A stretch of 32,000 nucleotides of DNA from Dickeya dadantii NCPPB 898 (GCF_000406145.1 NZ_CM001976.1:3644232-3676231); one strand, 5' to 3'; counted from the first letter of the stretch, positions 8,566 through 17,394 are shown. Numbers and translations: made by a program. The notes: generated by a model from the letters alone, not told the origin.

Positions 8566-8752
8566 AAATAATTCGAGTTTCAGGACAAAACGTGTTGCGT
8601 TTTGAACAACGCAACGCGTTGGCCCTTCAGGGCAAGGCTCATTGAGCCTTGTAACGCGGCAAGGGAGGGAATCCCGATGAGCTTACTCAGGTAAGTGATT
8701 CGGGTTACTGAGTGCAGCCAACGCACCTGCAACTTGAAGTATGACGGGTATA
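8566..8752 (+). repeat. ERIC (enterobacterial repetitive intergenic consensus) element, enlarged form with an internal insertion of about 70 bp
   Basis: The right half gaatcccgatgagcttactcaggtaagtgattcgggttactgagtgcagccaacgcacctgcaacttgaagtatgacgggtat matches the ERIC core (compare the ERIC primer regions GTGAATCCCCAGGAGCTTACAT / AAGTAAGTGACTGGGGTGAGCG). The left arm is aaataattcgagtttcagga. Extra DNA lies between the left arm and the core. Confidence 0.9.
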
Positions 8753-8994
8753 AAACAATATTTGCGTGGAGTCACAGATTCCCCGCTGACGGCCATTTTA
8801 TCCATAAGATCAGCGAATACGCCCTGACCCTCTCCCCGTGGCAAAAACTACTGTTTTGTCATGACGGTTTGACGGAGGAAAAATAACGCCGCCTGACACA
8901 TTCCAAATACGGGCGACAATTCTGAATACCGAATAATACCGCTATCCCCAAGAACGAAAACCGATAGCCAATGATTACCAGAGAGGACACTTTT

Positions 8995-9951
8995 ATGTGG
9001 AAACGCGTCATTTTAGCTTCAGCTGTGTGTGCGTCCCTGTCATCCGTCGCGCTGGCAGCGCCATTAACGGTGGGGTTTTCTCAAGTCGGTTCGGAATCAG
9101 GCTGGCGCGCGGCTGAAACCACCGTTGCGAAAGAACAGGCGAAAGCGCACGGCATTAACCTGAAAATTGCCGATGCCCAGCAAAAACAGGAAAACCAGAT
9201 CAAGGCGGTGCGCTCCTTCATCGCGCAAGGGGTGGACGCCATTTTCATTGCGCCGGTGGTGGCGACCGGCTGGGAACCGGTGCTGAAAGAAGCCAAAGAA
9301 GCCAAGATTCCGGTGATCCTGCTGGACCGCGGCATTGACGTCAAAGACGACTCGCTCTATCTCACCACCGTGCGCGCCGACAATATCAAAGAAGGGGCAT
9401 TGATTGGCGACTGGCTGATTAAAAACGAAAACGGCAAAGCCTGTAATGTGGTGCAACTGGAAGGCACCGTCGGCGCCAGCGTCGCCATTGACCGTAAAAA
9501 AGGGTTTGAAGAGGCCATCGCCAAAACGCCGAATATTAAAATCATCCGTTCCCAGTCCGGTGATTTCACCCGTAGCGGCGGCAAGCAGGTAATGGAAAGT
9601 TTTATCAAGTCGGAAAACAACGGCAAAAATATCTGCATGGTCTTCGCCCATAACGACGATATGGTGATTGGCGCCATTCAGGCTATTAAGGAAGCCGGCT
9701 TGAAACCGGGCAAAGATATTCTGACCGGCTCGATTGACGGCGTACCGGATATTTTCCGCGCCATGCTGGCGGGTGAAGCCAATGTCTCGGTCGAGCTGAC
9801 GCCGAATATGGCCGGGCCGGCGTTTGATGCACTGGAGAAATATAAAAAGGATGGCACGCTGCCGCCCAAATTGATTCTGACGCCGTCCACGCTGTTCAAA
9901 CCCGACAGCGCGCAGGCCGAGCTCGATAAGAAAAAGAACATGGGATATTGA
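8995..9951 (+). CDS. ytfQ: Galactofuranose ABC transporter periplasmic binding protein YtfQ, 318 aa
   Basis: The ATG at 8995 follows agagagga. MWKRVILASAVCASLSSVALAAPLTVGFSQVGSESGWRAAET...NMGY is nearly collinear with E. coli YtfQ (from memory). Confidence 0.95.
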   Translation: MWKRVILASAVCASLSSVALAAPLTVGFSQVGSESGWRAAETTVAKEQAKAHGINLKIADAQQKQENQIKAVRSFIAQGVDAIFIAPVVATGWEPVLKEAKEAKIPVILLDRGIDVKDDSLYLTTVRADNIKEGALIGDWLIKNENGKACNVVQLEGTVGASVAIDRKKGFEEAIAKTPNIKIIRSQSGDFTRSGGKQVMESFIKSENNGKNICMVFAHNDDMVIGAIQAIKEAGLKPGKDILTGSIDGVPDIFRAMLAGEANVSVELTPNMAGPAFDALEKYKKDGTLPPKLILTPSTLFKPDSAQAELDKKKNMGY

Positions 9952-9969
9952 TCGTTTATCGTCATCTCC

Positions 9970-9993
9970 GTCCTGCCACTGCCGTGGCAGGAC
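9970..9993 (+). other. Intercistronic stem-loop after ytfQ (attenuator or mRNA stabiliser typical after binding-protein genes)
   Basis: gtcctgccac (9970-9979) / gtggcaggac (9984-9993), a 10-bp stem with a 4-nt loop. gttttg follows 9 nt later. Confidence 0.6.
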
Positions 9994-10020
9994 ATCGCCG
10001 GTTTTGTGAGGGAGAATCGC

Positions 10021-11523
10021 ATGAACGGTTTCGACAACCAGGACATCCTGCGTACGGAAGGGCTGAGTAAACACTTTCCCGGGGTAAAAGCGCTGGATAA
10101 GGTGGACTTCAGCCTGCGGCGCGGGGAAATCATGGCGTTGCTGGGGGAAAACGGCGCGGGGAAATCCACGCTGATTAAAACCCTCACCGGGGTGTATCAG
10201 CGCGATGCGGGCGCTATCTACCTCGAAGGCCGGTCCATTTCGCCGAAAAACACCGCTCACGCCCAGCAATTGGGGATCGGCACGGTATATCAGGAGGTGA
10301 ACCTGCTGCCCAACCTGTCGGTGGCGGATAACCTGTTCATCGGCCGCGAACCCAGGCGCTTCGGATTGCTGCAACGCAAAGAGATGGAAAAACGCGCCGC
10401 CGCGCTGATGTCCTCCTACGGTTTCGAACTGGATGTCCGCGAACCGCTGAACCGCTTTTCGGTGGCGATGCAGCAAATCGTCGCCATCTGCCGCGCGATC
10501 GACCTCTCCGCCAAGGTCTTGATCCTCGACGAACCCACCGCCAGCCTAGACACCCAGGAAGTGGAAATGCTGTTCACCCTGATGCGTCAGCTGCGCGATC
10601 AGGGCGTCAGCCTGATCTTCGTCACGCATTTTCTCGACCAGGTTTATCAGGTGACCGACCGCATCACGGTGCTGCGCAACGGCGCGTTCGTCGGCACCCG
10701 CGACACCGCCTCGCTGCCGCAGATCGAGCTGGTAAAAATGATGCTGGGGCGCGAACTGGAGCAGAACGCGCTGCAACGCGCCGGCCGCACGCTGCTGAGC
10801 GACAAACCGGTGGTGGAATTCAAAGGCTACGGCAAAAAAGGCGTGATTGCGCCGTTCGAACTGGCGGTGCGGCCCGGCGAAATCGTCGGTCTTGCCGGGC
10901 TGCTAGGCTCCGGACGCACGGAAACCGCCGAAGTGATCTTTGGCATCAAACCAGCCGATTGCGGCGAAGCGGTGATCAAAGGCAAACCGCAGACGCTGCG
11001 CTCGCCGCATCAGGCTTCCTGCCTTGGCATCGGCTTTTGTCCGGAAGATCGCAAAACCGACGGCATCATCGCCGCCGCCTCGGTGCAGGAAAATATTATT
11101 CTGGCGCTGCAAGCCCAGCGTGGCTGGCTACGCCCGATCCCTCGCAAGGAACAGCAGGCCATCGCCGAACGGTTCATCCGCCAGCTTGGCATTCGCACGC
11201 CGAGCGCCGAACAGCCCATCGAATTGTTGTCCGGCGGTAATCAGCAGAAAGTGTTGCTGTCGCGCTGGCTGCTGACCAAGCCGCAATTCCTGATCCTCGA
11301 TGAACCGACGCGCGGCATCGACGTCGGCGCGCATGCCGAGATCATCCGGCTGATCGAAAGCCTGTGCGCCAACGGGCTGGCGCTGCTGGTGATCTCTTCC
11401 GAACTGGAGGAGTTGGTGGGGTACGCCGACCGGGTACTGATTATGCGCGACCGGCAGCAGGTGGCGGAAATCCCGCTCGACCAACTGTCCGTTTCCGCCA
11501 TCATGAATGCCATCGCGGCATAA
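10021..11523 (+). CDS. ytfR: Galactofuranose ABC transporter ATP-binding protein YtfR (duplicated ATPase), 500 aa
   Basis: The ATG at 10021 follows GAGGGAGAA. ILRTEGLSKHFPGVKALD.VDFSLRRGEIMALLGENGAGKSTLIK...LSGGNQQKVLLSRWLLT.PQFLILDEPTRGIDVGAHAEI matches E. coli YtfR. Confidence 0.95.
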   Translation: MNGFDNQDILRTEGLSKHFPGVKALDKVDFSLRRGEIMALLGENGAGKSTLIKTLTGVYQRDAGAIYLEGRSISPKNTAHAQQLGIGTVYQEVNLLPNLSVADNLFIGREPRRFGLLQRKEMEKRAAALMSSYGFELDVREPLNRFSVAMQQIVAICRAIDLSAKVLILDEPTASLDTQEVEMLFTLMRQLRDQGVSLIFVTHFLDQVYQVTDRITVLRNGAFVGTRDTASLPQIELVKMMLGRELEQNALQRAGRTLLSDKPVVEFKGYGKKGVIAPFELAVRPGEIVGLAGLLGSGRTETAEVIFGIKPADCGEAVIKGKPQTLRSPHQASCLGIGFCPEDRKTDGIIAAASVQENIILALQAQRGWLRPIPRKEQQAIAERFIRQLGIRTPSAEQPIELLSGGNQQKVLLSRWLLTKPQFLILDEPTRGIDVGAHAEIIRLIESLCANGLALLVISSELEELVGYADRVLIMRDRQQVAEIPLDQLSVSAIMNAIAA

Positions 11524-11536
11524 GGAGGACAGGGTG

Positions 11537-12574
11537 ATGCTTCGCTCACAGCTCAAACCGGGCTCCGACAAACGTCCGTTTCGCTGGCCGTCGTTACGGT
11601 TGCCGCAGGGGATGCCGCAGATCGTCGCGCTGGCGCTGGTACTGCTGGTGGACAGCCTGGTCGCCAGCCACTTTTTCCAGATCGTAGTGCAGGATGGTCG
11701 CCTGTTCGGCAGCCCTATCGATATCCTCAACCGGGCGGCGCCGGTGGCGCTGCTGGCTATCGGCATGACGCTGGTGATCGCCACCGGCGGCATCGACCTG
11801 TCGGTCGGCGCCATCATGGCGATCGCCGGCGCGGTGGCGGCATCGCTCACCGTGCAGGGCTACAGCCTGCCGGTGGTGTTGCTGGCGTCGCTCGGCGTCG
11901 GCATGCTGGCCGGGCTGTGGAACGGCATTCTGGTCGCGGTTCTGAAGATCCAGCCGTTCGTCGCCACCCTGATTCTAATGGTGGCCGGGCGCGGCATCGC
12001 CCAGTTGATCACCGCCGGGCAGATCGTCACCTTCAACTCGCCGCCGCTGGCGTGGCTCGGCAGCGGCGCGCTGTTGTGGTTCCCGACGCCGGTGATCATC
12101 GCGTTGGTCACCTTGCTTCTGTTCTGGCTGCTGGTGCGCCGAACCGCGCTGGGGCTGTTCATCGAATCGGTGGGGATCAACATCCGGGCGGCGAAAAACG
12201 CCGGGGTCAGCACCCGCGCCATGGTCACGATGACCTATATGCTGAGCGGGCTGTGCGCCGCCATCGCCGGGGTGATCGTCACCGCCGACATCCGCGGCGC
12301 CGACGCCAACAACGCCGGCCTGTGGCTGGAGCTGGACGCCATCCTCGCGGTGGTGATCGGCGGCGGCTCGCTGATGGGCGGGCGCTTCAATCTGGCGCTC
12401 TCGGTGGTGGGCGCGCTGATCATTCAGGGCATGAACACCGGTATTCTGCTGTCCGGCTTTCCGCCGGAACTCAATCAGGTGGTGAAAGCCATCGTGGTGT
12501 TGTGCGTGTTGATCGTTCAGTCACCGCGCTTTATGACCTTGCTACGAGGAGCTGGCCATCATGATAAAGCGTAA
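11537..12574 (+). CDS. ytfT: Galactofuranose ABC transporter permease YtfT, 345 aa
   Basis: The ATG at 11537 (or the GTG at 11534) follows AAGGAGGA. GMPQIVALALVLLVDSLVA.HF.Q.V.QDGRLFGSPIDILNRAAPVALLAIGMTLVIATGGIDLSVGA matches E. coli YtfT. Confidence 0.93.
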   Translation: MLRSQLKPGSDKRPFRWPSLRLPQGMPQIVALALVLLVDSLVASHFFQIVVQDGRLFGSPIDILNRAAPVALLAIGMTLVIATGGIDLSVGAIMAIAGAVAASLTVQGYSLPVVLLASLGVGMLAGLWNGILVAVLKIQPFVATLILMVAGRGIAQLITAGQIVTFNSPPLAWLGSGALLWFPTPVIIALVTLLLFWLLVRRTALGLFIESVGINIRAAKNAGVSTRAMVTMTYMLSGLCAAIAGVIVTADIRGADANNAGLWLELDAILAVVIGGGSLMGGRFNLALSVVGALIIQGMNTGILLSGFPPELNQVVKAIVVLCVLIVQSPRFMTLLRGAGHHDKA

Positions 12575-13553
12575 TCTGCCGCTGATGATTACCCTGGCGG
12601 TGTTCGTGCTGGGTTATCTGTACTGCCTGACGCAGTTTCCCGGCTTCGCCTCCACCCGGGTGATCTGCAACATTCTTACCGACAACGCCTTTCTTGGCAT
12701 CATCGCCGTCGGCATGACCTTTGTGATTCTCTCCGGCGGTATCGACTTGTCCGTCGGGTCGGTGATCGCTTTTACCGGCGTGTTTCTCGCCAAAGCCATC
12801 GGCGTCTGGGGGCTGTCGCCGCTGGCGGCATTCCCGCTGATTCTACTGATGGGCTGCGCCTTCGGCGCGTTCATGGGCTGGCTTATCGACGCGCTGAAGA
12901 TCCCGGCGTTCATTATCACCCTCGCCGGGATGTTCTTTCTGCGCGGCGCCAGCTATCTGGTGTCGAAAGAATCCCTGCCGATCAACCATCCGATCTACGA
13001 GACGCTCTCCAGTCTGGCGTGGGTCATTCCCGGCGGCGGACGACTCAGCGCGATGGGGTTGTTGATGCTGATGGTCGTCGCCGTCGGCATCGTGCTGGCC
13101 CGCCATACTCGCTTTGGTAACGAGGTCTACGCTATCGGCGGCAACAGCACCTCCGCTAACCTGATGGGCATCTCCACCCGCAGCACCACCATCCGCATTT
13201 ACATGCTGTCCACTGGGCTGGCGACCCTCGCCGGCATCGTATTCTCCATTTACACCTCGGCAGGCTATGCGCTGGCCGGGGTCGGGGTCGAACTGGACGC
13301 CATCGCGTCGGTGGTGATCGGCGGCACGCTGCTGAGCGGCGGCGTCGGCACCGTGCTCGGTACGTTATTCGGCGTGGCGATTCAGGGGCTGATTCAAACC
13401 TACATCAATTTCGACGGCACCCTAAGCTCCTGGTGGACCAAGATTGCCATCGGCGTACTGCTGTTTGTGTTCATCGCCCTGCAACGCGGGCTGACCGCGC
13501 TGTGGGAAAACCGCCAGAATGCGCCGGTGCGCCGTATCGCCCCGCACGGATAA
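12561..13553 (+). CDS. yjfF: Galactofuranose ABC transporter permease YjfF, 330 aa
   Basis: MIKRNLPLMIT..VFVLGYLYCLTQFPGFASTRVICNILTDNAFLGIIAVGMTFVILSGGIDLSVGSVIAFTGVFLAK is essentially identical to the E. coli YjfF N-terminus. It overlaps ytfT by 14 nt. Confidence 0.95.
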   Translation: MIKRNLPLMITLAVFVLGYLYCLTQFPGFASTRVICNILTDNAFLGIIAVGMTFVILSGGIDLSVGSVIAFTGVFLAKAIGVWGLSPLAAFPLILLMGCAFGAFMGWLIDALKIPAFIITLAGMFFLRGASYLVSKESLPINHPIYETLSSLAWVIPGGGRLSAMGLLMLMVVAVGIVLARHTRFGNEVYAIGGNSTSANLMGISTRSTTIRIYMLSTGLATLAGIVFSIYTSAGYALAGVGVELDAIASVVIGGTLLSGGVGTVLGTLFGVAIQGLIQTYINFDGTLSSWWTKIAIGVLLFVFIALQRGLTALWENRQNAPVRRIAPHG

Positions 13554-13576
13554 CGGCAGAACCGGTAACCCGCCCC

Positions 13577-13620
13577 AAACGTAGGTGTGAGACGCGCCCC
13601 CAAGGCCTCACCCTACGTTT
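13577..13620 (+). terminator. Terminator candidate after yjfF
   Basis: aaacgtaggtgtgag (13577-13591) pairs with ctcaccctacgttt (13607-13620) with one bulge. The stem ends in ttt and gtact follows. Confidence 0.5.
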
Positions 13621-13754
13621 GTACTCGCCTAACACTCCCTATCATGCCATTGAGTCAACTATCACCCGTCGGCGGCAAACTTGCCATCGGCCGGAATACG
13701 CCTATGTTTGATACAGGGACAGCGCATGTTGTCACCGGGCAACGACCCGGCATC

Positions 13755-13920
13755 ATACCCGTCATACGTCAAGTTGCAGAAGCGTTGGCTTTATTACTCG
13801 GCCCATCCTTGGGATTCGCTCTGTTGCCGCGTGACAAGGCTCTAATGAGCCTTGCCATAAAGGGCCAACGCGTTGCGTTGTTCAACACGCAAGCCGGTTG
13901 TCCTGCTACTTGAATTATTT
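13755..13920 (-). repeat. ERIC element in inverted orientation, carrying the same internal insertion as copy 1 but with a shortened central core
   Basis: atacccgtcatacgtcaagttgcagaagcgttggc... is the reverse complement of the ERIC right arm. gacaaggctctaatgagccttgccataaagggccaacgcgttgcgttgttcaacacgcaa...cttgaattattt is the reverse complement of the insertion and left arm seen at 8566-8660. Confidence 0.85.
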
Positions 13921-14069
13921 AAGGTATATACCCATAGCGCTTTCATCCTTGCCGCCCTTCGCTTTCCTTTCATCACACCACCAGGTCGTACGTTGTTCAA
14001 ACATAACGATATGAAGCTACCGTCAGCCCGGCAATTGCCCTGTGCAACGGTTTTTTCGGGTGGCTGCAC

Positions 14070-14139
14070 GTTCATTTTTCAACGCACATTTATTTTTCGA
14101 CCACGTCATTTTTCGACCACATTCATTTTTCGACATTGA
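14070..14139 (+). repeat. Four tandem direct repeats with a period of about 17 bp, consensus TCATTTTTCGACCAC, ending 25 bp before the decarboxylase start codon
   Basis: Units start at 14072, 14090, 14106 and 14123: tcatttttcaacgca / ttatttttcgaccac / tcatttttcgaccac / tcatttttcgacat. Confidence 0.85.
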
Positions 14140-14163
14140 CATGTTCTATCGAGAGGAAATGCC

Positions 14164-15573
14164 ATGACTCGCTCCAAAAACCACACCGCAAGCACACCGG
14201 AAGTAGATTACGAAAGCAGCGGGCACAGCCTGCTGACCCTGGATAACGCCGGGCCGATCCAGATGGGGTTTTGGGTGCCCAACCGGGTATGGGCTACCGC
14301 CAAATTTCTGATGCCGCTGCGCGAACATATCGCCAACAGAAAACAGACCAATACCCTGACGCCGATGCAGCCCGTGCTCCAGAACTTTAAAAACTGGGTG
14401 ACCAACCACAGCGTCTACCGCATGTGGCTCAATAGCATGATCGAACAATCCAACGCCTATGTTGCTTCTCTGCCCGAATCCACCCGTAAGGAGATCAGCG
14501 ACGATGGCGACGCCACCTGGATAGACAGCTACGACAGCTTCTTCGAGATCCTCAACGAAATCATCACTACCTCGCCGTCGTTCAACACCACCGCACAAGT
14601 CGGGACACCGATGAATGCGTTTCTGGCGGTGGCGATGGGGACAGAAGCAGGCGTGGCGCTGTTCCACGACGCGACGTTCAACCAGCAGTTTCGCCAGGTG
14701 CTGGACGCCTGGAACTGCTTCCTGAAAAGCAGCGCCTCACTCGACAAGCTCGATATCGCACAGCCGGAAAAAGCCGGTTCCTGGATCTCCAAAGCCGCGC
14801 ATCAGGCCGGCGTCTGGCACCAGATGCAGCACGATCCCAACCTGCCGGGCTACGGTTTCGCCAGCTGGAACGATTTCTTTATCCGTCAGTTCGTCCCCGG
14901 CGCGCGCCCATTCCAGGGTGATCCGAACACCCAGGTCGACATCGGCTGTGAAACCACGCCGTGGCGCTACGCCGACCAGTTGCAGCTGGAGAGCCGATTC
15001 TGGGTCAAAGACATACCTTATTCGCTGCTCGATCTGTTCGGCGGGCAGCGGCAATGGGCCAAACTGTTCGAGGGAGGGCAGCTCTATCAAGGGTTCCTCT
15101 CCGCCACCCACTATCATCGCTGGAACGCGCCGTTGGACGGTTTTCTGGTGCGTTCCTGGGTAGAGCCGGGCACTTACTTCGCTCAGCGTCCCGGACAGGG
15201 TGAAGATCAGGGCACCTGGGAAGGCACCGAGTCGCAACCTTACCTCGGTCACGTGGCCGCGCGCGCGGTGTTTATTTTCCGGCACAAGACCTGCGGCTAT
15301 GTGGCGCTAATCTGCATCGGCATGGTGGAAGTCTCCAGCTGCGTGATCGAACCCAGCACCTTTATCGTTGAAGAGAGCGCCGAGCCGGTCGGCATCACCC
15401 GCGGCGTCGAAATCGGTCACTTCGAATTCGGCGGATCGACCCACATGATGATCTTCCAGAAAGATCGGGTGGCGTTGGAAAAATGGGCCATCGACGCCGC
15501 CCGTCACCGTAACGATAAAAATCCCACCCCGCTGGGCAGCGTGATCGCCACCGCGCTTCACAAAAGCCAATAA
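14164..15573 (+). CDS. Phosphatidylserine-decarboxylase-family (pyruvoyl-dependent) decarboxylase of the long, soluble PsiD-like type, 469 aa
   Basis: RBS gagagga. Collinear by eye with fungal PsiD L-tryptophan decarboxylase (from memory): MQPV.QNFK, GTPMNAFLAVAMGTEAG, YGFASWNDFFIRQF, QGFLSATHYHRWNAPLDGFLV, PGTYFAQ, ICIGMVEVSSC, and the autocleavage motif FGGST (Ser425 codon at 15436-15438). Confidence 0.85.
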   Translation: MTRSKNHTASTPEVDYESSGHSLLTLDNAGPIQMGFWVPNRVWATAKFLMPLREHIANRKQTNTLTPMQPVLQNFKNWVTNHSVYRMWLNSMIEQSNAYVASLPESTRKEISDDGDATWIDSYDSFFEILNEIITTSPSFNTTAQVGTPMNAFLAVAMGTEAGVALFHDATFNQQFRQVLDAWNCFLKSSASLDKLDIAQPEKAGSWISKAAHQAGVWHQMQHDPNLPGYGFASWNDFFIRQFVPGARPFQGDPNTQVDIGCETTPWRYADQLQLESRFWVKDIPYSLLDLFGGQRQWAKLFEGGQLYQGFLSATHYHRWNAPLDGFLVRSWVEPGTYFAQRPGQGEDQGTWEGTESQPYLGHVAARAVFIFRHKTCGYVALICIGMVEVSSCVIEPSTFIVEESAEPVGITRGVEIGHFEFGGSTHMMIFQKDRVALEKWAIDAARHRNDKNPTPLGSVIATALHKSQ

Positions 15574-15671
15574 GCGCCCGCCCCGGGTTCCGGCTGTGGC
15601 CGGGGCCCGTTTATCAACCCGGGCCGGAGCCCGCTCTCGCGCACCCCGGCTTCATCAAGGTCAGGTAAACC

Positions 15672-17360
15672 ATGTGTACCACAATGATTATCACCCGCGG
15701 CGCCACCGCCGACGGTTCCACGATGGTGACCCATTCGGACGATGACGAATTGTCGGATCAGCGTTTTATCCATGTACCGGCACAGCATCATGCGCCGGGC
15801 AGCCTGCGCGGGGTCATCGACGGCACCAACGTCAGCTATCCGCGCATCGTCAGCCAGGACCGGGGTGCCGGCTACCAGACGCCCGGCTGGCCGGAAACGC
15901 CGTTGATCGGCGCCATTCCCCAGGTTGAGCACACCTACGCCTACTTCGACGGCAACTACGGCATCATGAATGAACACCATCTGATGTTCGGCGAATGCAC
16001 CAACGGAGCCAGGTACGAGCCGACGCACGTCACCGTGGAACAAGCGGCCGAAAACGACACCCATTGCCGCCTGTTCTACAGCGCCGAGCTGTCGCGCATT
16101 GCGCTGGAACGCTGCAAAACCGCCCGGGAGGCGGTGGACCTGATGGGATCGCTGATTGACACCTACGGTTATTTCTCTACCGGCGAAACCCTGCTGGTCG
16201 CGGATGAAAACGAAGGCTGGGTGTTTGAAATGTGCGCGCTGCCGGATGAAGTCTACCACTCGGCCTGGGTGGCCCAGCGTGTCCCGGACGGCACCGTCTT
16301 CGTGGCGGCGAACGAATTCCGTATCCGGGAAATCCGGGAGAACGACCCAGCGCAGCGGTTTTCCCGCCACCTGCTGCCTGGGCTGAAAAAAGTCGGCTGG
16401 GCGACGCCGGAACAAGGCCCGGTCGACTGGCTGAAATCGGTCAGTTGGGGGGAATACAACCACCCCTACTATTCGCTGCGCCGCGTCTGGCGCATCTTCG
16501 ATCGCATCAACCCGGATCTCGGCCTTAGCCCGTGGGTGAACGGCGGCAGCTACACTACCGACTACCCTTTCTCGGTCACGCCCAAAACTCCGCTCGTCGC
16601 TCGCGACCTGTTCGCGCTGTACCGCGACCACTACGAAGGCACCCCGTTCGACCTGACCAAAGGCGTCGCGGCCGGCCCCTATGGCGATCCCAACCGCTAC
16701 GTCGGCCCCTACGACGGCAACCAGAACAATGTCTCCGCCGACCACACGCTGCTCGGTGCCTGGGAACGCGCCATCTCGGTGTTCTACCAGGGCTATACCT
16801 ACGTGGCGCAAACCCGTCCCGCCGCGCCGGAGCTGACTCGCGGCATCGTCTGGTTTGGCCCGGACGTGGCTTACACTACCTGTTTTGCCCCCTTCCCGGC
16901 CAAACTCCCCGACCTGCCCGCCGCCTACCAGAGCGGCGATCCCCAGCAGTTTGATCGCCGGGCGGCATGGTGGGCGTTCGATTTCGTTGCCAACTGGGCA
17001 CGACTCAATTATCAGCGGATGTACCACGTGGATATCCGGCCGTTGCAGCAAATTCTGGAAGCACAACAGGACGCGCGCGTGGCGGAGTGGGACAACGCCA
17101 TGGCGCAGCAGCCGGATCCGGCGCAACTGGCCCGGCTGTGCGAGCACAACGCCGACGAGGTGCTCGCCCGTTGGTGGGGGCTGGCGGATATGCTGATCGC
17201 CAAATACTCCGACGGCTACATCAATCCGCCGCCGCTCCGCCCGCAGAACCTACCCGCCATTCCCATCGGTTACCCGGCCGACTGGTTGAGCATCACCAAT
17301 TATCGCGACGGGCCGATAAGCTACGACATGCCGGTCGCCCCGGCGGCAACCCGCCGATGA
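15672..17360 (+). CDS. Peptidase family C69 dipeptidase (Ntn-hydrolase), cytoplasmic, 562 aa
   Basis: It starts M-C-T-T-M-I-I, so Cys2 becomes the N-terminal nucleophile after Met removal. There is no signal peptide. GATADGSTMVTHSDD, NEHHLMFGE and GWVFE... are typical of C69. RBS aaggtcagg. Confidence 0.85.
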   Translation: MCTTMIITRGATADGSTMVTHSDDDELSDQRFIHVPAQHHAPGSLRGVIDGTNVSYPRIVSQDRGAGYQTPGWPETPLIGAIPQVEHTYAYFDGNYGIMNEHHLMFGECTNGARYEPTHVTVEQAAENDTHCRLFYSAELSRIALERCKTAREAVDLMGSLIDTYGYFSTGETLLVADENEGWVFEMCALPDEVYHSAWVAQRVPDGTVFVAANEFRIREIRENDPAQRFSRHLLPGLKKVGWATPEQGPVDWLKSVSWGEYNHPYYSLRRVWRIFDRINPDLGLSPWVNGGSYTTDYPFSVTPKTPLVARDLFALYRDHYEGTPFDLTKGVAAGPYGDPNRYVGPYDGNQNNVSADHTLLGAWERAISVFYQGYTYVAQTRPAAPELTRGIVWFGPDVAYTTCFAPFPAKLPDLPAAYQSGDPQQFDRRAAWWAFDFVANWARLNYQRMYHVDIRPLQQILEAQQDARVAEWDNAMAQQPDPAQLARLCEHNADEVLARWWGLADMLIAKYSDGYINPPPLRPQNLPAIPIGYPADWLSITNYRDGPISYDMPVAPAATRR

Positions 17361-17394
17361 CGGCGCTACGGGGGTGCCGCGCCGCCCCCGCCTC

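Noticed and set aside
8695-8886. 63-aa + ORF upstream of ytfQ
   Set aside because: It starts inside the ERIC repeat, has no RBS, and resembles nothing I recognise.
9097-10476. 459-aa minus-strand ORF across ytfQ/ytfR (and similar ones at 9357-9677 and 9678-10187)
   Set aside because: It is antisense to near-identical E. coli orthologues. Its Arg/Gly/His/Phe-rich composition is typical of GC-rich antisense frames.
13587-14139. ORFs 13587-13913(+), 13842-14075(-) and 13873-14139(+) in the yjfF-decarboxylase spacer
   Set aside because: They run through the ERIC element and the 17-bp repeat array. Their compositions reflect the repeats, and none has an RBS.
15558-17147. 529-aa minus-strand ORF over the C69 peptidase gene
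   Set aside because: It is an antisense shadow with a very Arg/Gly/Val-rich composition and no family resemblance. The + strand product has a clear C69 signature.
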